Of a DNA stretch of 64,000 nt, positions 1 through 11,158 are shown piece by piece. Made by a program: the position numbers and the translations under genes. The notes under the pieces were generated by a model, which was not told where the DNA came from, ran no database searches, and saw only the letters and a list, made by a program, of their open reading frames with translations. The first letter of the stretch is position 1. Every line of letters begins with the position of its first letter. Source of the stretch: Antedon mediterranea (taxonomy: Eukaryota > Animalia > Echinodermata); assembly GCF_964355755.1 (NCBI RefSeq), contig NC_092672.1, positions 4,898,001 to 4,962,000 of the forward strand, written 5' to 3'.

Positions 1-679
1 GTCTGCTAATGATTCAATATGCAAAATTTCTAAAAATAAGTTTTTCACATTTTCAAAGAAATCATTATGGTTTGAACTTTGAACCAACTTCCTGTAGATC
101 CTTCCAGCAAGAGGATGTCCATCGGAGGGAAACGTATTCTATAAAATAAAAAACAAAACAAGTAGTTAATAAAAAAAATATTTATGTTGTGGTTTATTCC
201 TGCTGCATAAAATACTATTTATAATTGTATACACTGCTAATTATTTTATTGGAAAAATCTTTGCTATACCAACGTCTTTACATCATATCCGAAGAACAGT
301 AAAGCATCTTGCATAAGGATGCAAATACTGAAGCAATATGGTACAGACAGGATGTCTTTTACATGCTATTCTGAAATACCATCATCATAAGAAACTCACT
401 TTAAAGTTTTCTTCGGTGACAGACTGACAATCATCTTTAAGTTTCTAAATAATGGAATTTGATAAAGAATATAATTATTGATTTATAACTCTAGGTAACG
501 AAGGTAACATCAACTGACATGACCAAGATCTTCACAAATCTCAACACAAGGACACGACATCTTAACTGATATTATAAAATGCTACCTACATTCATAAATG
601 GCTCCAATCTACTAGAAGCTGTCACCTTCTCCGATGTATTTTTTGGAGTCTCAGTTTCTTTGCTGGATTGGCCTCCCAT
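1..679 (-). CDS. 5' part of a gene for a putative N-myristoylated protein (runs off the window; possibly TLDc/MEAK7-like)
   Basis: Exons 679-590, 444-400 and 138-1 have GT/AG boundaries and join in phase 0: MGGQSSKETETPKNTSEKVTASSRLEPFMN-KLKDDCQSVTEENFK-NTFPSDGHPLAGRIYRKLVQSSNHNDFFENVKNLFLEILHIESLAD. MGxxxS myristoylation motif. The family guess is weak. Confidence 0.6.
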
Positions 680-2232
680 ATTTTCATAAATAGGGTAGGA
701 CTACTAGATAGCCTGCATATGATACAGTCTTTTTTAAGATAAAAAATAAAAAACAAAATAAACATTTAAAAAAAAAATTATTTATAGGCCTAGGCCTATT
801 TTTTGCTTAGCATAAACCATTTTGCGACCGAATTTAAAGAACCGCGACCGATATCGTTAAAAACCATTTTAGCCTAGTACTCACTAACTTAATAAGTACT
901 AGGCCTAGGCCTAGGCCTAGGCCTGTCTATAGACTATAGTATAATATGATGCCTATTACTAATAAGAAGACTAACGCTAGCCTAAGGCATCTAGGCTGAG
1001 CTACACAATGCAAGTTATAATAAGACAAATCTAAAAGTTCACTGCTTACTTATACACCTATGGAATTTTATAATGTTTACAAGTTCATACTCGATATGTT
1101 TTGAAAAGAGCTAGGCCTAGGCCTACGATGGACACGTACAAAGGAGGAGAAGAGCGACGAGGAGGAGGCAGACGACGGCAGGGATCATTAAAAAAAAAAC
1201 GAAAATATTATGGCACGCCAAGGCGGACATAACTAATTTAGATTCAAATTAGATTTAAAAGGTTTTTAAAAAATTCTTGAATAACAATAATAATAATTAA
1301 GTCATACTCGTAAGCATTTGCATCTAATTATTAATTATATCATATAGGCCTGGTCTAGATCCATTTCATTTATTTCACTTTACTAGTAGTAGTACCGGTA
1401 GTAGGCCAAGGCGCGCCTATAGTTCTAGTTACTAATAGTAATACGTAGGCCTATATAAAGTGGAGGAGCCTAAAAAATGATTGAGCATAACTTGTAATAA
1501 TGACGTGAAAAGGCTCCTCAAAGAAAAAATATAAAATATAAATAATATAACAAAATTAGGAACTCCAAAAAAAAAACAATGTAGCCTATAAACGACATTC
1601 AACAATAAACTTTAGACAAAAACGTTTCATCCAGTCCATTTTATGTTTTAAAAAGAGATAATATTCTACATACAAATGTCCATTATAAATTCCTGTTTTT
1701 TTATCCTGGAATCAAAGTTACAAAAAATGAATGTTTTGCAATGACGTCACTTATGTCCATGACAATAGTAACGACTCGCCAATTGTCAAAATATTCGTTA
1801 AAAAGTAAAATTTGTTTAGAAGTTTTAATCACTAGGATTGATTGAATCAACCATTTATTTATTCATTCATTCATTTTGTTACTTAATCAACAATTTCACC
1901 AGTTGTGACGTACGTACCACTATTCTGTATTGCCATTTTTAGATAGCACGGAACTAGTTCCTGGACAAATACTTTTTTTCTTAAATAACTTGTTGTACGA
2001 TTGAACAGGACGACCTCTTTTTCATCGACTAAAATCAAAAGCTGTCGACGTACTTTTGTTCTGACATACCTAATACAGTATTTCAAAGCTTTTGTTGTAC
2101 AGTATCACCGGCCCTGTATTGTTGTTAACGATTTGGATCAATGATTCGTAAAATGTACAAGTCGATCGAGTTTATAATCTTCTAAAAACGATTTCCTATG
2201 TGTGTCTCAGTTGTAAACTAGGGGGAAACATT

Positions 2233-2639
2233 ATGGCGAATGTCATTTTCATGTGCATTTTTAGTTTGTTTTCATTATGCTTCTCTGCACAAACAGGTAA
2301 GTGAAAGAAAAAGACAGTGACAGCGATTTTGTGGTAGGCCTAGCATTACAATACAGAGTGGCTTGTAATTTGTTTTGTAAACGTTCTGGCATTACGGTAC
2401 ATTAGTATACACCTATCTTTCCAGCCGATTCTCGGTACTTCTATCATAGGAATATTTGGTAACATCACATGTGTTTCACATGTATATGCCTATCTAGTAG
2501 TAACTTAATCCTTAACCTAACCTTACATTACATGATACAATCATCACTTGTTATATAGGCCTAAATGTTACCAAATATTCCTATGATACTTCGGAAATAG
2601 ATAGTATGTGGAGATACAGCATTGGGAATCTAATTTAAC

Positions 2640-2684
<45 letters not shown>

Positions 2685-4971
2685 TCAGTGTAAATTTGTC
2701 TCTATAAGTAAAGCCAGACCCAAAGTAATGAAGCTTTCCATTTTCTATCTCGCAGATAGCAACGAATTCGTATTTCCACTCCATATTCCAACACTAACTC
2801 AAAATGTGCCAAACCTGTTGTTTATCAATGAAGGAGAGACGGTCGGCAGGGCTTCAATCTCTATACCTCAGCTTTCTATAATTGAAGATATTTCTGTAGT
2901 TTCGCAAGAAATATTTTTGCTGTACTATGCATTACGAGAAATCTTAAAAGAAAATGACATCATACTTACTATCTTCATTCGCACTTCTGGTACAATTCGT
3001 CCTTATGCATCCCTCCGGCAATCACATCCGTCAATCTCAATTCAACCCATTTCATCTGCTGGAAAAGAGTACCACTTGTACGACTCAAAAGGTTACGATC
3101 TTAATTTCTACTGCCTAGATATTCTGTCACTTCACAACAATACGAAAGTTGAAATAATCCAAACCATACATGCAGGAAAATCGTCGAGTGTCGAGACTAC
3201 TGATATCACTTTGGACGAATTTCAAACAAACAGAATTTGCTTAATTTCTGAAAATACCCGTGTAGTATCGTCGACCCCATTCGTCTTAACTATTAGCGGT
3301 GACTACGAAATGACTGAAAACCCTAGTCTAATTGACATGCTTGTCGCGTATTCTTATTGGGGCAAAACTTTTACAGTTTATCCTCTTCAGCATCAGCAAA
3401 AGTTTCGAACATTTTGTCGAATATTTTGCGTCAAAAATGACTGTACTGTTTATTATCAGGATCAGACTGAACTAATTATTTCTGCAGACACCTACATGGA
3501 TGTTGAAGTAATGGATCCTTTTATTCTAGTCTCCAACACACCAGTCTTTGTCACTCTCTCAGCGTTTGAAAAATTGCCATTTTACAATACGACACACGAA
3601 GAAGTTAAGATTGACCCGACTTTAAACATGCCTGTTATGCCATCTGAGCAGTACATTTCTAAAATATATATTAACCCCTCCAGTGAATCAAATGAAAGTG
3701 CCATAATATGTACAAAGTGTTCATGGCTCTCACATATTACCTTTGACGATGAGGCGTTGGCCAGTAAACTAGACGTGGAAATAACAACGATAAAAAACGA
3801 TTCGAACGATTGTGTTATTACAGTACCAATAAAACCAGAAACAACACACAAGGTGCGTTCACATTTACAAAGCGCTAGTTTTACCGCAGTGATCAACATT
3901 TCTAATGTGAACACAGATTACGTTTATGTGGTCCATGGTTTTGACAAAACTCTGAACTGTAAGACTGTCATTTTTGGTCATGACATCTATGAACATGAAT
4001 GTGACGTCATCGTTTTCGAGAAAAACACATCTTGCTCAGGTCCACCACTGGATTGCTATCAAGAAGAAGAAACATGCAGCTTCTGTTTACGGCTATGTGA
4101 GTCGAGTTACAATGTTAATTTTTACGTATAGTTTAACCAAATTTTCTATCCGAAAGATGGTGTTCTGTGGTAGCAGGCTACAGATACAAACGAGACGAAG
4201 AATAATAACATAATAACAATAAATAATACATTTTTGAAGAAATAATAATATGGTTATTTTTTTTAGATGGTTTGATTGGTTTAGGTATCGGTTCTGCTGC
4301 ATCCACTATTATCATCAATGTCATTTGTCAAGTGTGGTACTGGCCCAAACGAACAAGGTAAATAATATTCTTAACTGAGCTAGCTGAAAGGTAGAATTGG
4401 TCTAGGACCAACTTGAAAACAAATAGTTTGAGTAACTCAATGTTGTAATGTTTCTTTCTTAGTTTTTTTTTCTTTTATTGCCCAAAATATAAGATATAAA
4501 CATTGTAACATAAATAAAACATAAAGTATCAAGGGAAGATAATATCTTATACTATAATGAACTGTTCACAAACCATTTATGCTCTAAAGGCTCTCAATGG
4601 GCTAGAATGACAATTTGCGCACGAAACTATATGTGCCTGTGTTCGGTTAGGCAATCCGTCTACAACCAGGCGTAGACGGACTGCCACAATAAGAATAAGG
4701 TACAAATTTTCTTTTTTTTTCATTATAACATTATAGGAAGAAGGAAATGAAAATGATAACAAAGAAGGTGAAAGAAAGGGAAGAAGAAATGGAAAGAGAT
4801 GAAAGACATCGAATTAGAAATGCAGAAATCTTTCAAGAAAGAAGACGAATAGCGGAACGTATTATACAAAAACCTACTGACAACACCATGTTTTACAAAT
4901 TGATTGCCGATCTGGGAGGAGAACCGAACGAGCCGAATGGCTCGGCCGTTAAAACAGGGTTACCATCATAA
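2233..4971 (+). CDS. IgGFc-binding (FCGBP N-terminal) domain type I membrane protein, paralog 1 (most diverged), ~576 aa
   Basis: Exons 2233-2296 (signal peptide MANVIFMCIFSLFSLCFSAQT), 2756-4096 (ectodomain; NEFVF, GKEY, WGKTF motifs), 4267-4357 (TM YGLIGLGIGSAASTIIINVICQVWYW), 4737-4971 (charged tail). Intron phases 1,1,2; 1731 nt in frame. Confidence 0.8.
2444..2586. mobile_element. Small MITE with ~22-bp TIRs and TA flanks
   Basis: tcataggaatatttggtaacat ... atgttaccaaatattcctatga, with TA on both sides. Confidence 0.6.
2642..2684. repeat. (GATT)n microsatellite
   Basis: About 10 perfect GATT units. Confidence 0.95.
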
Positions 4972-5743
4972 AACCCGCGATTGGTGATCATTCTGTGACC
5001 TCAGAAACTTTTTTAAAATATCATTTTCACTTCTAAGTTAAAAGTTTGAGAATTTTAGTTTTTTTTTCTGGGCGCATCAATATCTTCGACCAACCGCCTG
5101 TGTAAATTTAATCCTATTTCACCGGAATTGAGTGTTTAAAACAAATAAAACCAGGGAAAAGTAAAATTACATTGTAATTTAACTCTTCCTTGATAAAACC
5201 ATGTAAAAATGGGATATACCCTCTGCACCTTTATTTTGATAAATGTAAAGTATATTGTCTAGATGGTTTTTTAAAATAACCTAGAATATAAAAATCTAAC
5301 GATAGTCTAAAGAGTATCTATTAACAGAAGAAAATATCACATAATACCATGATTATGCGTTTTATTGTTACACCTTTATAGCCTAACTTCTATCAATTTA
5401 AAATTCAATGCAAAACATTGATACAACGTGGGATGTCATGCGGATACCACTTTGACAATAATCTTCAAAAAATCTTTTATAAAACGGAATAAACCTCAAT
5501 AATAGAAATCCTATACAAACATAATCCAAGCAACAACGTTTGAATCTAATAATCAGATTTGGTTAGACTTGAAAGTGCTGTTTTTAAAGTTCCTTTTACC
5601 GTGGTTAGCCAAGCGAAACACCGTGGAATGAACAAAAACTAAATATACTGTTATTTGACTTTTAATGGGGTTCTTGGTGGGGTTTATAATACCTTTCACT
5701 GTACACTAAAATGTCAATTCTGGCATGAAATAATACTTAGAGG

Positions 5744-8700
5744 ATGGTAGGCCTACTATTGAAAACATGGATGATCGGTTTGGCGACACTAGTATGGAGT
5801 TCTGCTTGTCATGGTAAGACTTGGACCTGAACCTATTATATGTTAGGCCTAAATAGTAGAGATCAGTTATTTCAGAAAAGCCTGTCAGGGCCTTTGTAAC
5901 TTGAATTTCGGCCCGCATTATGAATTAATATTTTAGGCTAGTATAAAAAGACCTAATGAATATAGTTGTTTAGACTTCAGCCATTTCTAACAATGTTGGC
6001 TCACTAATATAAGTTTGGTGGCACTTATGACCTAGAGACCAAAACTAATAAAGCATCGTTATATGAAATAGATAGTTTAAAGATGCTGTTCCGAAACATA
6101 GACCAAATAATGAGTGTTAAAGTTATCTAAAAACGTAATATAAACCAATGTGGATTACATTAATTAAAACGTACACATTAGGCCTACACGTCACTATCAA
6201 TTTTTTTTTTCAATAGCGGAATATTGCTAAAACATAAACTGTTTAGATTTACTATATGATTATACGTGTTCTCCTATGATGTACAGACACGATTCTGTCA
6301 TATAAGTTACAGAATTAACAAAGTAATAGACAAAGCATGAAGAGATGCAAATGTAATCTTTACAAAGTGTTCAATCTGTCGGTGTACCATGACAGCGTTG
6401 ATACCCATTGTACAAATACAATTCACGTTTTAGGTTTTATTTAAATTATAAAGTTAGACTACGGTGTACCATGACAGCGTTGATACCCATTGTACAAATA
6501 CAATTCACGTTTTAGGTTTTATCTAAATTATGAAGTTAGACTCGGTGTACCATGACAGCGTTGATACCCATTGTACAAATACAATTCACGTTTTAGGTTT
6601 TATCTAAATTATAAAGTTAGACTACGGTGTACCATGACAGCGTTGATACCCATTGTACAAATACAATTCACGTTTTAGGTTTTATCTAAATTATAAAGTT
6701 AGACTACGGTGTACCATGACAGCGTTGATACCCATTGTACAAATACAATTCACGTTTTAGGTTTTATCTAAATTATAAAGTTAGACTACGGTGTACCATG
6801 ACAGCGTTGATACCCATTGTACAAATACAATTCACGTTTTAGGTTTTATTTAAATTATAAAGTTAGAGTAAATCTAGTAGGCTAGTTCCGTAATAATTTG
6901 TTGATTGTCATTATAGTTATAGTCATAGTATCTTTATTATGTCAATTAAAAAGATTTAACAGAAATTTCTGGCATATCTATTTCTAAATCATTTCTATGC
7001 TTGTTTTTGTTTTATGTAAAGCGTGGTTCCCACTAGCGACGCAACGCAAGGACGTAACGCAACACAAGTGAATTGACCAATCACAAGCGATGGCTTATTC
7101 GCTTGTGATTGCTAACTGTCTATAACTTCGCTTGTCATTGGTTAAAACGTTTGCGTTGCGTTTACGTCCTTGCGTTACGTTCTAGTGGGAACCAAGCTTT
7201 ATTTATGATTTTTGTATTATTGTATTTCTTTATCTGGAAAATAAATGAATATGAATATGAATAGTATAATAAAAAAACAGTTAAAATGCACACAAAATTG
7301 CACCAACACAGAAAAGCACTAAAACAACACAAAAGCAACAGAATTCTCTCATAAAAAGTGAGATTAGATTAAAGATTAAAATGACTTATTATATTAATTA
7401 TTCAATATTGCACATTTATGGTAATTAAAATAAGTTTATATATTTACCACGATGAATATGAAACTATATCTCTCCTGAAGATAAAAAAAAAATTACAGAT
7501 GATATCCTGTAAAGAATAGATTACAGGTTCGAATCTTGCCAAAAACATTATTGTATACTGCATTTTGATGAGATTTGCCCGATACTCAGATACCAATGAC
7601 AATGATTACATTTCAGAACTGTTTAAAAGATATATATTTGCTTTTTCGTAATAATATTATGAAAAATATTTAAATAAAATAAGTATATTATATGCGATGA
7701 TTATATAGGAGCACTGAACGCTAGGCCAGTGATCTGGAGGTCGTGGGCTCGAGAATTACTTATATTCTTAAATTTACTTAATAGTATAAAGTACAAATTA
7801 CGTCAGAGTAGGGCAAAACATATGAACAGCACTGTTTCTATAATGCAACACAAAGATAATTCTAATTGTACTTATCGAACACATACTTTTTTGTTTAGTT
7901 ATCTTTAAACTTCTTTTCATTTTCTAGGAGAAGCAACAACTGGAAAAGAATTCATTGCGATGTTTCTTCAGATGAACGTAATAGAAAAAGACCCAACATT
8001 CATCGTGAGCACTACCGAATTGAGTACAGTGGTTACAATAACTATTCCAAAACTAGATTATACACAGGTGTATAACGTTCCTCAAAGCTCTAAACTGGAG
8101 GTTTCTGTGCCAAAATCAATAGTACCGACTTCTGATGGCGTCGATAAGTTAGGAATTTTCATAAACAGTTCGAATCCGATAACTTTATGGGGAGTTCATG
8201 ACGCAAGTGACAGGTCAGTGGACGGGTTTCTTGTTCTCCCTACAGACGTTTTAGGTCGTGAATATTTCGGCGTTTCTTTTGAGCCGCATTCAGGCGCAGA
8301 ACTTGGAGTTGTCGCAGTTGAAGATAGTACAAGCATATTAATTAATTTTAACCAGCGGTACTTTTATAAAACACAGTTTATATATCCTAGAATACCACTG
8401 AGAATTACACTTAATAGATTTGAAACGCTTTTTATTACTTCGTATGATGATCTTACTGGGATTCGTGTGACAGCATCTGCGCCGGTGGCGGCATTTTCGG
8501 GAAATCAATGCACGTTCATACCAGTTACGTCAAATCATTGCGATTACACCGTGACGCAGTTGATACCCTTTAGCAGATGGGGGATGAACTACATCGTTAC
8601 GTCATTCTTAGGACACACGGATTATATCATCAAAATCGTGGCTGGTCGTATGGGTACAACTGTCAACATTGGTGAAGGAAAACATCGGTACGAACTCAAC

Positions 8701-10113
8701 CAACTGCAGTCTGTGACTTTAAATCTGCACTCTAGTGAAGTTATTACTGCTTCTCATCCGATCATGGTTGCGCAATTCACTTATGCGCAGGCTCTGGTTG
8801 ATGGAACTAGTCATGCCGCGATGACCGTTATTCCATCAGTACGTCAATACACCAACTCCGCTGTCATTGCTACTATGGTCGACGACCAACTAACTCAACA
8901 TTTCTTTAGTCTTGTTTCAGCTTGTTACAACTTTCAAAACCAGTATATTCTTCTTAACGGAATGCCGATAGACTTTAATACTACAAATATATACTTATCA
9001 GACGCGGAATATTGCACGAGCAAAATGGTGCTTAATTCGAACTACAATACAATCACAACTTCTGCACCAGATGCATTGTTTTATGCTGTCATAAATGAAC
9101 GCTCCGAATTTTTCTCAACTGCAAGAGTTGCTAATTTCCAATTACCGCAAGCAACATGTGTGACAACTAATGAGTATGACGTGAATGTAACTCATGAATG
9201 TGACGAAGAAGTTGTCATTTTTACATATTCTTGCCCAGAACCATGTCCAGTTGATGATGAAGAAGAATTGATATGTGGTACTTGTTTTGATGGATGTAAG
9301 TATCGTTCTCTCTACCAATACTTTTATTTATGAATCATATGCAAAAGCCCATCTGGTAGTGAAGTGCATGTGTACAGTTTTAGCATCTATAATTAATTAG
9401 CGCGGAAATTACTTCAGTTACCTGATCGGATCTGAAAAGTATACAATCTGTGACATCCTTCTCTTTTCAGATGCTATATTTCTTGTCATATTGTTATCAT
9501 CTGGGCTGACCATTTGTGTCGATCAGTTCATCAAGTGTTGCCGGGCTGGTGGCCAGGAAGAATGGTAAGTTGCAATAATTATATAATGAACAGAAGACTA
9601 AATATTTTTTTCACACGAGTTGTTTTTTCTTTCGATAAATACGTATAAATATTATCTTATTGCACTTTTATTCCTCGACATGACTACTAACAACGCGTTA
9701 TTGTACTAGTTCGTTGCAAATAAAAGCCCTGTCTACACTATAAAACTTTATGCAAAATGTGATGTGTCTATATATGGATATAATGATGTCATATCACTAC
9801 CATATTTAAGCACATCACACTTTTTTGTCAAACTAGTTTGAAAGTGCAGACAGGGCTTTAGAGTTTAGAGAGTTTAGAAAAGAGTGTCATACTTCTCGCG
9901 ATACGATTCTAGTATTATGTTATTCTATCAAAACTATGAACAAATTGTTTATACTGTATATTACTGTTTATCAATTACAGGGAAGTGGAGGATTGGAAAA
10001 GAAGGGCTGCCATGATGCAGAAAGCATTCGACACTGGTGCCTGGGATCGTCAACTTGAAATCATTAGGAAAAATGAAAGAAAGAAATTAGAAATTGAATT
10101 CGGTGACGCTTGA
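5744..10113 (+). CDS. IgGFc-binding (FCGBP N-terminal) domain type I membrane protein, paralog 2, ~554 aa
   Basis: Exons 5744-5813 (MVGLLLKTWMIGLATLVWSSACH), 7928-9295 (GKEFIAMFLQMN, DGFLVLPTDVLGREY, DLTGIRVTASAPVAAFSGNQC, QLIPFSRWG), 9471-9564 (TM YAIFLVILLSSGLTICVDQFIKCC), 9981-10113 (tail). Phases 1,1,2; 1665 nt in frame. Confidence 0.88.
6381..6867. repeat. Minisatellite, 81-82 bp unit x6
   Basis: Near-identical units ggtgtaccatgacagcgttgatacccattgtacaaatacaattcacgttttagg... starting at 6381, 6463, 6544, 6626, 6708 and 6790. Confidence 0.95.
7020..7197. mobile_element. MITE family A (~178 bp), copy 1
   Basis: TIR agc(g/t)tggttcccactag ... ctagtgggaaccaagct, palindromic body, TWA flanks (PIF/Harbinger-Tourist-like). 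Near-identical copies occur elsewhere in the window. Confidence 0.9.
9724..9858. mobile_element. MITE family B (~130-165 bp), representative copy
   Basis: TIR agctctgtctacactatcaaact ... agtttgatagtgtagacagagct. Further full or partial copies near 15000, 19800, 21098, 22614, 25916, 26376, 33864, 38956, 39477, 40870, 41095, 42960, 47513, 51499, 51884, 57574, 59918, 60294 and 61744. Confidence 0.88.
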
Positions 10114-10200
10114 ACAACAATGCGGTGACGCTTAGAACAATTCGATGACACTTAGAACAATTCGGTGACGCTTGAACAATTCGGTGACGCTTGAACAATT
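10098..10200 (+). repeat. Short tandem repeat (~19-22 bp x5) overlapping the stop codon of paralog 2
   Basis: Units (tt)cggtgacgctt(a)gaacaa; the first unit contains the TGA at 10111-10113. Confidence 0.85.
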
Positions 10201-11158
10201 TGTGTATTGAAATAGATCAACATGAATGAAATGAGGTTGTAGGCCTATGCCTTCTTTATTGTTTAATTATATAATATTAACAAGGTAATACAATACAAAA
10301 CGTTAATAACCTACAAATAACATGTTATATTGGTTGTATTCATACAGTTATAAAATATTCTAAAAATTAAAATCCCACCTTTGGCTCAAACTAGGATATA
10401 TTGCCAATTAAAAAGTTTTAAACTTACCAAAACACGAGCATAAAATAATCTTTTATATTGATGAACAGGTTTCAATTGATAATTGCATAACAACTTTAAA
10501 ATGAATTAAAATTCGTATGCAGATCAATCGGTCCCTATTAGTTTATATGAAATTAATTTACTTGATGTGTACGATTGATTAAGGCACATTGTATTGTTCA
10601 TTAATTTACATTCTGTTTCAGTCGCAACAATACCTTCTGACTATGATCAAATTCTCCTATTAACAAACGTTAAAATAAACCTAGGCCTACTGTTTAGCTA
10701 ATGATATTTTCACCCTATAGAAGCTTTCCTTTACCACAAAAAAAGTCGTTAGGCCCCATAATAAACTCATAAAAACATAATTCCAAAACGTCATATTTTC
10801 AATACAGACTTTTTTAAATATTTAAATGAATTGTATAGTCGCGCAATCCATAACCTGAAAAAAAATACTAATATTTCTTTGAATGCATTTCAGGTGCAAC
10901 GTCACACAGAAGCTGTTTAAAGTAAAAATATTTATATAAAACTATCTATAATCAATACAACGTTAATAACAAGTAGCATAACAAAACTCATATAAAATAG
11001 GCTAAATACTTTAATTAATAAAAGGATACCGTAATACATAGGTCTACTGTACAGCATGGTTAGGAATAAAGAACTACGTTTGATACATTATTCTTGTCTT
11101 TCTATTTTAAGCCTGTAAAATCATCCTTTGTGTAAGAAGAATGACCACCTGTGTGTAA

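Noticed and set aside
270-370. Extra exon of the first gene
   Set aside because: Phase-0 acceptors give in-frame stops or an implausibly short intron; exons 444-400 and 138-1 join cleanly without it.
6381-6867. CRISPR-like regular repeat array
   Set aside because: Units are contiguous and identical with no unique spacers, there are no cas genes, and the context is a eukaryotic intron.
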